Virus record (IMG/VR): IMGVR_UViG_3300017913_000804
Span: 1 to 36,975 of that record
Reading direction: 5' to 3' (one strand)
DNA from: a virus
Lineage: Duplodnaviria > Caudoviricetes
Length of the DNA stretch: 36,975 bases
Numbering within the stretch: position 1 is the first letter of the stretch; each line of letters starts with the position of its first letter. The notes beneath the pieces were generated by a model. It did not search any database. It saw nothing but the letters and a program-made list of their open reading frames with translations, and was not told the DNA's origin. Shown piece by piece: positions 6,431 through 16,500 of this stretch. The translations under genes and the position numbers were made by a program.

Positions 6431-8461
6431 ATGCCAAGCACCTATACAGTTAACCTCGGTATCGAGAAACCGGCAACCGGTGAACAGTCGGGTACTTGGG
6501 GTGATACCACAAACGTGAACTTCGATATTCTGGACCAAGCTATTAACGGTGCGGTCAGCATTACGCTTGCTTCGGCAGGAACGTCCGGTTCTCCAAATAC
6601 TTTGGCTATCAGTGATGGCGCGGTATCCGATGGTCGCAACAAGTGGATTGAGTTCACTGACGGCGGCGATCTTGGTGCAACGGCGTATGTCCAGCTTACG
6701 CCGAACGATGCTGAAAAGATTGTTCTTGTTCGCAACAGTTTGTCGGGCAGCCGCTCGGTAATTCTATTTCAAGGCACTTATGACGCGGGCCGCGATGTAG
6801 AGGTTCCGGCGGGCGTTGACATGCTTGTTAAGTTCAGCGGTGGCGGCGCGACTGCGACGACAACCAACGTCTTCCAACGTTTGCGCGTTGAAGAGCTGAA
6901 CATTGCAGGCACGACCACTGTTGATGGCGTTATTGACGACGACACGATGGCGACGGCGTCTGAGACTAAGCTTGCGACGTCTGAATCAATCAAAGCCTAT
7001 GTTGATGCGCAGGTCACGGCGCAGGATTTGGACTTTGCTGGCGACAGCGGCACGGGTGCTGTCGATCTGGACAGCCAGACACTCACCATTGCAGGTACTG
7101 CCAATGAGATTGAGACCTCGGCGTCGGGTCAGACCCTCACGGTTGGTTTGCCTAATGCAGTGACCATTACGTCGCTGACAGCAACCTCTGCAGACATCAA
7201 CGGCGGCACCATCGACGGGGCTACCATTGGTGGAAGTTCTGCGGGAGCCGGGACATTCACAACGCTGAACGCGTCTTCGGGGACCATTTCAGGCGATCTT
7301 ACTGTAGACACCAACACCCTGTACGTGGACAGCACGAACAACGGTGTTGGCATTGGGACAACTAGCCCAAATTATGAGTTAGACATAGTGGGCGAGGTGG
7401 TTGCGGACAAATTGCGCATTCGACGTGATAGTGATGGAAATGAAACTTTACACTTTATAGACGGAGAAGGAACAGCCTCTGGCGATATTAGATATAATAA
7501 CTCTTCTGGAAACCGAGGTCACGATTTTTGGACGAATAACGGTTCGGATGTAGCCTCACGAGTTCGCATTACCGGCGCGGGTAATCTCGGCATCGGAACT
7601 ACAAGTCCCTCAGCACTCCTTGACGTGGCAGGTGACGCAGAAATTAACGGACTGATCGTGGGGCATGGTGCCGGAGACATAAACACGAACACAGCCGTTG
7701 GTGCTCAGGCACTGGAGGAAAACACCACAGGCTCCGTCAACACAGCCGTTGGTCGAGAGGCACTGGAGGATAACACCACAGGCAATAGCAACACAGCCGT
7801 TGGTTATAAGGCATTGGAGACTACCACCACAGGCAGTAGCAACACAGCCGTTGGTCTTCGAGTACTGGAGGCTAACACCACAGGCTTCAGTAACACAGCC
7901 GTTGGTCGAGAGGCACTGGCGGATAACACCACAGGCACTAACAACACAGTCGTTGGTTATCAGGCATCGGAGACTACCACTACAGGCAGTCGCAATACTG
8001 TTTTAGGCTATAGCTGTGACCCTTCCGCAGCAGATGGAAACGACCAAGTGGTGGTTGGTTATAACCTGACAGGCAAGGGTGACGACACAGCGTTTATTGG
8101 TGGCACGAACGGGGCGTATAACGAAAAGAACGTCACCACATGGGAAACCACCTCGGACAGGCGCATCAAGAAAAACATTGCAGACAACAACGATGGCCTG
8201 AATGTCCTCTCTCAAGTGCGAGTGCGGAACTTTGAGTATCGCGCACCAGATGAAATCACTGAACTGCCCAGCCATGCCTCCGTCGAACAGGACGGTACGC
8301 AGATTGGTGTAATCGCACAGGAACTCCAACAGGTTCTGCCAGAGTGTGTAAGCGAGAACAGCACAGGCGTCCTGTCGGTCAACACAGACCCGCTTGTCTG
8401 GTATCTCATCAACGCGGTCAAGGAACTCAAAGCCGAAATCGAAGAGCTGAGAGGTAATTAA
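6431..8461 (+). CDS. Tail fibre with C-terminal intramolecular chaperone (peptidase S74)
   Basis: N-terminal anchor GEQSGTWGDTTN, GIGTTSP motifs, 14-aa NTAVG repeats, SDRRIKKNI autocleavage motif, GVIAQEL and terminal coiled coil. Confidence 0.88.
   Translation: MPSTYTVNLGIEKPATGEQSGTWGDTTNVNFDILDQAINGAVSITLASAGTSGSPNTLAISDGAVSDGRNKWIEFTDGGDLGATAYVQLTPNDAEKIVLVRNSLSGSRSVILFQGTYDAGRDVEVPAGVDMLVKFSGGGATATTTNVFQRLRVEELNIAGTTTVDGVIDDDTMATASETKLATSESIKAYVDAQVTAQDLDFAGDSGTGAVDLDSQTLTIAGTANEIETSASGQTLTVGLPNAVTITSLTATSADINGGTIDGATIGGSSAGAGTFTTLNASSGTISGDLTVDTNTLYVDSTNNGVGIGTTSPNYELDIVGEVVADKLRIRRDSDGNETLHFIDGEGTASGDIRYNNSSGNRGHDFWTNNGSDVASRVRITGAGNLGIGTTSPSALLDVAGDAEINGLIVGHGAGDINTNTAVGAQALEENTTGSVNTAVGREALEDNTTGNSNTAVGYKALETTTTGSSNTAVGLRVLEANTTGFSNTAVGREALADNTTGTNNTVVGYQASETTTTGSRNTVLGYSCDPSAADGNDQVVVGYNLTGKGDDTAFIGGTNGAYNEKNVTTWETTSDRRIKKNIADNNDGLNVLSQVRVRNFEYRAPDEITELPSHASVEQDGTQIGVIAQELQQVLPECVSENSTGVLSVNTDPLVWYLINAVKELKAEIEELRGN
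7687..7960 (+). repeat. 42-bp coding repeats (NTAVG...ALE.NTTG..)
   Basis: AACACAGCCGTTGGT recurs at 42-nt spacing. Confidence 0.9.
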
Positions 8462-8462
8462 C

Positions 8463-8684
8463 ATGGAACATACGGCAGAAGAAATCGCACGCCACTACAG
8501 TGCAGCGATGGACAGCGTGAACCTGCTCAATACTGGCAAGCCTTCTGACATGGATGACGCCGAGTGGGCCGACATGGTGGACCGGAATGTCGAACACCTG
8601 AAGATCATGGTGGCCAAAGACTTCTGGACGACTGAAGACTTGACCCCTTTCAACGATGCAATCGCTGCAAACGAGGCCGCATAA
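8463..8684 (+). CDS. Small acidic protein, possible tail fibre assembly factor
   Basis: 73 aa directly after the fibre; SD GAGG. Confidence 0.65.
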   Translation: MEHTAEEIARHYSAAMDSVNLLNTGKPSDMDDAEWADMVDRNVEHLKIMVAKDFWTTEDLTPFNDAIAANEAA

Positions 8685-8721
8685 TGGCTGCGAAGTTATT
8701 CCGTAGGTGATGTGATATAAT

Positions 8722-8916
8722 ATGGACATCGGAGATTATTCCGGCTGGGCTGAAAAGGACGCTGCGGTGGAAACGGTTGTGCAGATATGGCCTGTCATCA
8801 GCGGGGGCGTGTTCGTTATTGCACTGATGATTGCATGGCGGGCGGAAATTACAGTGCGGGTGAAAGTGCTCGAAGAGAAGGTGCAGGCCATTTTTGACCT
8901 GCTGAATAAGCGATGA
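8722..8916 (+). CDS. Small membrane protein (TM helix plus short coiled coil)
   Basis: IWPVISGGVFVIALMIAW hydrophobic segment, then RVKVLEEKV; the true start may be GTG 8768-region downstream of AAGGA. Confidence 0.55.
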   Translation: MDIGDYSGWAEKDAAVETVVQIWPVISGGVFVIALMIAWRAEITVRVKVLEEKVQAIFDLLNKR

Positions 8917-9009
8917 GCAAATACAAGCCTTTATGGACATGCTGACAAAATCGTTGGAAGCTGATACAACTGAAGATGTAGCAGCCGAGTAACATGCCGG
9001 GAGTAACGA

Positions 9010-11127
9010 ATGCCTCTGACCAAACTCCAGTTCCGACCCGGGATAAATCGTGAAACCACCTCCTACTCTAACGAGGGTGGGTGGTTTGATATGGACAAGG
9101 TCAGGTTTCGTTTTGGTTTTCCAGAGAAAATTGGTGGGTGGCAGAAAACTTCTCGCACCTACTTTTTAGGTACATGTCGTGCGTTGCACCCGTGGGTCGC
9201 GCTCGACGGTTCGCGGTATTTGGGCGTTGGTACGCACCTCAAGTATTACATTAACGAGGGCGGCGGGTATTTCGATATTACGCCCATTCGTGCAACTACG
9301 GCTGCGGGCGACGTAACTTTTTCGGCTGTGGCAAACACGCTTGGTGCGGATGTTGCGATAGACGACACCACAATTACGCTGACCAGTAGTACGGGTTTCC
9401 CTGAGACAGGCGTAATAAAGATTAATGACGAAATTATTCGCTACGCTGCGATTACTGGTAATGACCTAACAGGGTTAGAACGTGGGTATGATAGTACTAC
9501 CGAAGCATCGCATACGTCTGGAGACAGCGTAAACTGCGCCACGATCCAAGTAACTGATACAAATAATGGTGCCGAGGACAATGCTTTCGTTTCGTTTTCT
9601 GGTGCGTCTACGTTGGGCGATCAGATTACCGCAGATGTTTTGAATCAAGAATATCAGATCAGCCGCCGTGTGGATGAAAACATTTATCTGATTGAAGCTC
9701 GAACTGTTACTCCGTTAAGCAACGTCACAACAACTACTGGATACAGTCCAACGTATGTTTTTGCTACGACCTCGGACAGTGGATCAGGTGGTGCGAGTGT
9801 CGTAGGAGCGTATCAGATCAACGCAGGCTTGGACACCACGGTTGTTGGTACTGGTTGGGGCGCGGGCACTTGGTCGCGGGGTACTTTCGGGTCTGGTGCT
9901 TCCCTGTCTGTGTCGGGTTCAACCTTGCGTATTTGGAGTCACGATAACTTTGGTGAAGACCTGATTATTAACGTTCGTGACGAGGGTATTTACTATTGGG
10001 ACAAAACCAACGGTTTGACAACACGCGCTGTTGAGCTAAAAGATTTGGCTGGTGCGGACAGTACAACGCCGACGATTGCCAAAAAGGTTTTGGTTTCGGA
10101 CCGTGACAGACACATTATTGCTTTTGGGTGTGACCCTGAAAACGACATTGGCACACAAGACCCGCTTTTGATCCGCTTTTCTGACCAAGAAAATCCGCTT
10201 GTTTGGGCCGCGCAGGCAACAAACACCGCTGGCGACCTTCGGCTGGGTTCGGGGTCCGAGATTGTTAATGCAATTGAGACGCGCCAGCAAATCCTCGTAT
10301 TTACTGACGTTTCGCTACACGCGATGCAGTATTTAGGACCGCCCTTTACCTTTGGCATTAACTTGGTGTCGGAAAACATTACGATTGCGGGTCCGCTTGC
10401 CGCAGTTTCCGTGGAAGACAACGTGTTCTGGATGGGCGCGGAAGAGTTCTACGTCTACGGCGGTACGGTGCAGCGTTTGCCATGCACGGTCCGCGACTAT
10501 GTGTTTAGCGATTTTAACGAGGGTCAGATTGACAAGGTTACGGCGGCGACAAACACGGCGTATTCTGAAGTTTGGTGGTTTTATCCGTCGGCGAATAGCA
10601 CTGAAAATGACAGGTATGTGGTTTACAACTACCAGCAACAGATTTGGTACTACGGTACGCTTTCCCGTACATGTTGGTTAGACCGTGGGGTGGACGCGTA
10701 TCCCGTTGCGGCGTCCACGGACCACGCGCTTTACTATCAGGAGTTTGGTTTAGACGACGGTTCGACCAACCCAGCGTCGGCAATTACGTCCTACATTGAA
10801 AGCAGTCAGATGGACCTTGGCGAGGGCGATCAATTTGCCTTTGTCCGCAGGATTGTGCCGGATATGACCTTTAGAGACAGTACAAATGAGACGCCGGGGG
10901 CCAGTATGACGGTCAAAATGCGTAATTTCCCGGGCGATGCGTATGCCAATAGCACGGCTTCTTCCATAGAAAAGACGGCTTCGGTGCCTGTTGAACAGTT
11001 TACCGATCAAGTTCACCTACGTTTGCGTGGCAGATCGTTTGCATTCCGGATCGAAACGACGGATACCGGAGTTGCATGGCGGCTTGGCTCGCCACGTCTT
11101 GATATACGTCCGGATGGGAGACGTTAA
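9010..11127 (+). CDS. Tail nozzle / DNA stabilization protein (P22 gp10 / T7 gp12-like role)
   Basis: 705 aa, beta-propeller-like, W/Y-rich; MPLTKLQFRPGINRE start, IRFSDQE, VWWFYPS; precedes the ejection genes. Confidence 0.75.
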   Translation: MPLTKLQFRPGINRETTSYSNEGGWFDMDKVRFRFGFPEKIGGWQKTSRTYFLGTCRALHPWVALDGSRYLGVGTHLKYYINEGGGYFDITPIRATTAAGDVTFSAVANTLGADVAIDDTTITLTSSTGFPETGVIKINDEIIRYAAITGNDLTGLERGYDSTTEASHTSGDSVNCATIQVTDTNNGAEDNAFVSFSGASTLGDQITADVLNQEYQISRRVDENIYLIEARTVTPLSNVTTTTGYSPTYVFATTSDSGSGGASVVGAYQINAGLDTTVVGTGWGAGTWSRGTFGSGASLSVSGSTLRIWSHDNFGEDLIINVRDEGIYYWDKTNGLTTRAVELKDLAGADSTTPTIAKKVLVSDRDRHIIAFGCDPENDIGTQDPLLIRFSDQENPLVWAAQATNTAGDLRLGSGSEIVNAIETRQQILVFTDVSLHAMQYLGPPFTFGINLVSENITIAGPLAAVSVEDNVFWMGAEEFYVYGGTVQRLPCTVRDYVFSDFNEGQIDKVTAATNTAYSEVWWFYPSANSTENDRYVVYNYQQQIWYYGTLSRTCWLDRGVDAYPVAASTDHALYYQEFGLDDGSTNPASAITSYIESSQMDLGEGDQFAFVRRIVPDMTFRDSTNETPGASMTVKMRNFPGDAYANSTASSIEKTASVPVEQFTDQVHLRLRGRSFAFRIETTDTGVAWRLGSPRLDIRPDGRR

Positions 11128-11423
11128 TGTCAAGAAATCTAGTTCGTCCGTTCTTCCCGATCCCTCCCGGTCAGTATACTCAGCAATATTTTGCAGAGTT
11201 AGTGCGTTCTTTCTCCACATATTTGGAGCAAATGCAGAACCCGGGTGAGGGGCGACACACGCAACTGGTATTAACCAACCTACAGACTGACGATAGCGGA
11301 TTAGAGACTGGCGCTCTATTTCAGCAAGATGGATTCGTAAAAATCACGCTTGTTGACACGCCTCATGTTCGTGGTCAGCAAGCAACGGGGGCCGTGGGAG
11401 ACGTCACGGTAACAACATCCTGA
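11127..11423 (+). CDS. Hypothetical virion-associated protein
   Basis: 98 aa, TAATG overlap. Confidence 0.7.
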   Translation: MSRNLVRPFFPIPPGQYTQQYFAELVRSFSTYLEQMQNPGEGRHTQLVLTNLQTDDSGLETGALFQQDGFVKITLVDTPHVRGQQATGAVGDVTVTTS

Positions 11424-11443
11424 GTGAAAATACAGTAATCACT

Positions 11444-11653
11444 ATGCCAAACGGCAGTAAATGGCTACCTTCTACTAGCGTAGATGTGGTGCATTGTGTT
11501 ACATGTAGTAATGAGGTGGATACACCGGAAGAAATTGCATCTTACCCCAACGGGAACTGCCCACAGTGCGGTTCTTCATGGACTGGAGGGGAAAAGAGAA
11601 GTACAATTATTAACGTAACCATGCCGCAAGGTATCGCTGGTGGAGCGGGATAA
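11444..11653 (+). CDS. Small zinc-ribbon protein
   Basis: CVTC ... CPQCG pairs. Confidence 0.7.
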   Translation: MPNGSKWLPSTSVDVVHCVTCSNEVDTPEEIASYPNGNCPQCGSSWTGGEKRSTIINVTMPQGIAGGAG

Positions 11654-13557
11654 TGGCAGCAGAAGCAGCAGAAGCAGAAGAAGTTGAACAATTAATCGTT
11701 CCCGACGGCGGTATTGGCGGTCTGATCATGGACGATGATGAGATCGAAGCTGTATATGGTGACGATGATGACGGAACAGAAGAATACGGCGATGAAGGCA
11801 TCGCACAATTTCCCGCGCTAACCAAGAAGATGGCGGCTATGGGCCGCGAAGGTGACGACGTGATTGCTCACCTTCAAACGGGCGAACTTATTATTCCCGC
11901 CCAACTTCTCGAAGAAAACCCAGAAATGCGAGACACGATTTTTGCGTTTCTTGAAGGTCAGGGCGTTGAAGACCCGCAGCGTTATGTTGTTGGTTCTGGC
12001 GCAAACAGCATTCACCCGGACACGGGCGCGTACGAATTTTTCTTAAAAAAGGTTGTTAAGTCGGTCGCTAAAGTGCTCAAGAAGGCGGCTCCAATCGTCC
12101 TGCCGATTGCTTTGTCGTTCACGCCTCTCGGACCTGTCCTCGGTCCGGCTCTTGGTTCTGGTATTGCTACGCTGATCCAAGGTGGCTCGATCAAGGACGC
12201 TCTGAAGTCGGCATTGATCTCTGGCGCAACAGGCGCAGTCTTCCAAGGCTTCACAGGTGCCGGCAGCTTCACGGAAAACATCAAGACGGCTATTGCGGAC
12301 CCGATTGGTCGTGTTGGACAAACCGTTTCTGGCGCACAAACCTCGCTATCAAATGTCTTTGGCGGCGAAGCAGCTCAAGCAGCCAACGCTGGCAAGCAAG
12401 GTTTCTTCAGCGAATACGTTCCGACGGGCGCACCGCAGTCAACTGCTGCAGTAGACGGCGTGGTCGAAGCGGCAGGCGATACCGGCGCAGTACGCACCGA
12501 GGCTGTTTCCTCGGCAGACCCGAACGTCACTAACGCAACTGACGCTCTTCGCACCGCAGACACCTCGATTGCGCGTCTGAATAACACCGGCGCACCCGTG
12601 GAAGTCACACTGGCCAGCGGTGCGGGACAAACAATTCCAGCGGGCGGTCAAATTCCTGCCGGTGCTACTATTAATCCTGCGGTTGGTCCGACAGTCGCGG
12701 CCTACGAGCCTCCGAGCTTCGTGGAAAGCATTAAAGGGGCGCTTACCTCGGGTGATGACATCAGCTTCACTCAAGGCATGGGAGATGCGTTCTTCCCGGG
12801 CGGTCCAAATGCTGCGCAGGTTGAAGTCGCCAAAGCTACCGCATATAATGACGCGTTTAACGCGGTGAATGCGCTTCCGGGAACTACGCAAGCTCAAGCA
12901 GCTCAAGCAGGCTTGGATGCAATGAACGCTGTCACGGCGTCTTCGATTGGCCCCGGCTTTATGCGCACCTACGGTCCAATCGCGGCCCTCGGAACAGGTG
13001 TCGCAGCGGCGTCAGGCGCATTTAGCCCAGTACCTGCCGAAGAGCCGGGCATCGCAATGCGCGACGAAGAGGGCAACGCCATCACTGGCGAAGACCTCGT
13101 AGCCGCCGATCCGAGTAAGTATCTAGTAGGCGACCTTGGTAGCCAAGTTTTGGACCCTGAAACAGGCACTTATGCCCCACGTTCGGTCGCTTCGGCTGGC
13201 CAAGTGGGCGATTTGACCGTCAGGGCACCTGAATACAGCACGTATTCGGCCCCAACTCAGTACACTTATGCCCAAGGCGGTAATTACCTACGCGGTAGTA
13301 CCTCCGGTGGTCCGTTTGCCCGTCCTTATGTGACTGCGGCTGACGGTGGAGCTATTTTCCCGCGCCGCAACGGCGGCATCATGCCCGACGAGGGTATTCC
13401 GGGGCAGGACAGTGTCCGCGCAATGCTCATGCCCGGCGAGTTTGTTATGACAACAGACGCGGTCCGTGGTTTGGGGAACGGAAGCCTAAATAACGGCATC
13501 AAGAACATGTACTCGGTCATGCGTAATCTTGAGAGCCGCGGGAGGGCAATGGCGTAA
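11653..13557 (+). CDS. Internal virion / ejection protein with hydrophobic segments
   Basis: 634 aa; acidic N-terminus, amphipathic FFLKKVVKSVAKVLKK followed by a hydrophobic G/A stretch, C-terminal DSVRAMLMPGEFVMT motif. Confidence 0.7.
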   Translation: MAAEAAEAEEVEQLIVPDGGIGGLIMDDDEIEAVYGDDDDGTEEYGDEGIAQFPALTKKMAAMGREGDDVIAHLQTGELIIPAQLLEENPEMRDTIFAFLEGQGVEDPQRYVVGSGANSIHPDTGAYEFFLKKVVKSVAKVLKKAAPIVLPIALSFTPLGPVLGPALGSGIATLIQGGSIKDALKSALISGATGAVFQGFTGAGSFTENIKTAIADPIGRVGQTVSGAQTSLSNVFGGEAAQAANAGKQGFFSEYVPTGAPQSTAAVDGVVEAAGDTGAVRTEAVSSADPNVTNATDALRTADTSIARLNNTGAPVEVTLASGAGQTIPAGGQIPAGATINPAVGPTVAAYEPPSFVESIKGALTSGDDISFTQGMGDAFFPGGPNAAQVEVAKATAYNDAFNAVNALPGTTQAQAAQAGLDAMNAVTASSIGPGFMRTYGPIAALGTGVAAASGAFSPVPAEEPGIAMRDEEGNAITGEDLVAADPSKYLVGDLGSQVLDPETGTYAPRSVASAGQVGDLTVRAPEYSTYSAPTQYTYAQGGNYLRGSTSGGPFARPYVTAADGGAIFPRRNGGIMPDEGIPGQDSVRAMLMPGEFVMTTDAVRGLGNGSLNNGIKNMYSVMRNLESRGRAMA

Positions 13558-16500
13558 TGGCTGAAGTGACCGAACAGATAGTCCGCGAAGCCCCGAAAAT
13601 TGAAGCCTATAAAATTGGGCTTCTACAATCCGCAAAGAGACTCGCAAACCGAGGCATTACTATTCCGCGCCAGATGGTTGCGGAGATGTCGGGCCTTCAA
13701 GTAACGGCGGCAGACCTCGCAGCGGCGGGTGTAGGTGGTTACCAACCTTATTTAACTGAAGCAGGCTATACGCTTGGCGACGCTCAGGCCGCTATTGGCG
13801 GTGCGATGGCCGACGCTATCCCTTTCCAGACGCAAGCTGCCGAAATGATGGCAACCGGGGCTGCAAACATCCCCGGTCAAATCGAAGCCGCGCAAACGGG
13901 CATTGGCGGATCGATTGATTACGGCGCGGGTGCGGTAGACACCGCGACTGGCGCAATGGGGACCGCGGCTCAAGGCGCACGAGACATCGCTGGTCAAGCG
14001 GTTGCCGAGCAACTCCGTGCATATGACGCTATTCCTGCTCAAGTTTTGGACGCTCAAGCCAATCTTGGCACCGCAGCGGGTCTTGGCCAACAGGTCGCGG
14101 GCCGCGCAGCTCTTGGTGGAGCTGGTGTTGGCGAAACTTTAGCCGGTCAGCTTGGAACAGCTACGGAAGGCGCACGTGCTTTTGGCGCGATGGGCCAAGG
14201 GGCGCTGGAATCCCAGCAATTAGCACAACAGAATTTATTGCAGGCGACCGATCAGGCGCGTTTGCAAGCTTTGTATGGCCAAGAGGGGATGCGGGCCGCA
14301 ATCCCTGATCTTGCACAGGGTCTAGGTGCTGCCACGACTGGCGCGGGTCAAACCGCTGCCGATGTCGCGGCGGGTGCGCGTGGCGCAGCTCAGACCGCAG
14401 GAACCGGGACGCAAGCTGCTATTGATGCCGCCCGAGCAAATGTTCAGGGTGCGCAAGCAGGCTTGCTTGCTGCGGGAACGACGGGTTTGTCCGCAGCCGA
14501 TCAATTTGGTGTAGGTGCCGCGGATGTCACTGGCGCAGCTCGCGGTATTGCAGGAACAGGCGCTCAAGCTCTTGGCGCAGCCGGTTTGTCCGGCGCAGAT
14601 GCTGCGTCACAGGCGGGTTTAGGCGCACGTTTAGGTGCAGCGCAAACTGCCGCTGATCTAGGTGGCACGTCTGCCGCAGCGCGGACCGCGGCACAACAGG
14701 CCGCCGCAGGCGGTATTGGCGCTTATGAAGCGGCTTTGGCGGAAAACCAAGCGGGCGTCCAAGGCGCTCGTGATGTAGCAGGTCAAGCCGCTACCGGAGC
14801 CCAAGGTGTTGCTGATCTTGCCCGCACTGGCGGGGCGGGGGCATACCAAAGTGCTTTGGCGGGCAGTCAGCAAGCGGTTCAAGGCGCTCGCGGTATCACT
14901 GCCGACGCGGCGACGGCTCTGCAACGGGCAGGCGCTTTGGGCACGACTTCCGCGCAACAGGGTATTGCAGGTCTGGCAGGAACCACAGGAGCCTTTGATC
15001 CAAGCCAAATCAGCCCGTTTATGAACGCTTACGAAGACGCCGCAGTGCAGCAAGCACTGGCAGACGTCGCTCGTGCTGGTCAAATCCAGCGGCAACAACT
15101 TGGGGCGCAAGCGGTAGGGGCAGGCGCATTTGGCGGATCACGCCAAGCTGTCGCAGAACAAGAGCTGTCACGAAATATTATGGAGCAACAAGGCCGGACT
15201 GCCGCTCAGATGCGTCAGGCTGGTTTTGAAAGCGCCGCTCAACGCGCTCAACAGGCCTATGAAGCCCAGCAAGCACGGGGCCAACAGGCTGCACAGCTTA
15301 CAGGCGCTTTGGGTTCGCAGGGCGCACAAGCAGGTCTTCAAGCAGCTCAAGCGGCAGGCCAATTGGGCTTGTCAGCAGAGCAACTCGCGGCAGCCCAAGC
15401 TGGTCAGCTTGGCCAGCTTGGCATGTCCGCCGAACAGTTGGCGGCTCAGACAGGGCTGTCCGCCGAGCAACTTGCCGCACAGTATGGTTTGTCCGCAGAG
15501 CAATTAGCGGCGTCGCAGGCCGGTCAAATGGGGCAACTTGGCTTGTCCGCTTTTGGTCAGGCAGGCCAGCAGCAAATGGCTGCGGAACAGCTTGCTTCTG
15601 GCAATATCGCTCAAGCGGGTCAGCTTGGCCAAGCCGCGGAACAGCTCGCGGGTCAGCTCGGTATTTCTGCGGCGCAGCTACAGGGTCAGCTTGCCGGTCA
15701 AGCGGCCAATTTGGGGATGTCGGCAGAGCAACTTGCTGGTCAGTTGCTTCAGCAGCAAGCCGCTACAGGGCTTTCTGCGTCTCAGCTATTGGCAAGCACG
15801 GCGCAACAGTCGGGTCAGCTTGGTCTTTCTGCGGAGCAGCTTGCAGCCCAGACCGCGCAGCAGCAGGGTCAGCTCGGCTTGTCCGCAGAGCAACTTGCCG
15901 GACAATATGGCATGTCTGCGCAGCAAATGGCCGCACAAAACGCTCAAGCCTTGGCGGCACAGCAACAGCAGGCCGCCCTTCAAGGCGCACAGTTGGGAAT
16001 GTCGGCGGAACAGTTGGCTCAAGCCGGTGCGGGTCAGTTGGGTCAGCAAGGCATTCAGGCCGCCCAAGTGGCTGGCCAGCTTGGCTTGTCTGGCGAGCAG
16101 ATGGCTGCCGCGAACGCGCAGGCTTTGGCACAGACCGGTATGAATATCCAACAATTGGCGGCAAACACCGGTATGAACGCCGCCCAGCTTGCAGGCCAGT
16201 TAGCCGGTCAATCTGGCGCGTTGGGTCTACAAGGCGAGCAGGCTCGTGCAAGCATCGCGGCACAAGCCGGTCAGATGGGCATCAGTGCCGAACAACTTGC
16301 AGGTCAGCTTGGATTGCAAGCTGGTCAGCTCGGTCAGGCGCAAGCAGGTCTTGGTGTACAAGGTCAGCAAGCGGCTGGCGCTCTTGGTCTACAGGGCCAA
16401 GAACTTCTGGGACGCCTTGGCGAAGGCATTGGCGGTCTTGGAACTCAGTACGGCCAGCTTGGTCTTGCACAAGGCGAGGCACTTGGTACGCTGGGTCTAC

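Noticed and set aside
7687-7990. Diversity-generating retroelement template/variable repeats in the tail fibre
   Set aside because: No reverse transcriptase in the window, and differences between repeats are not adenine-specific.
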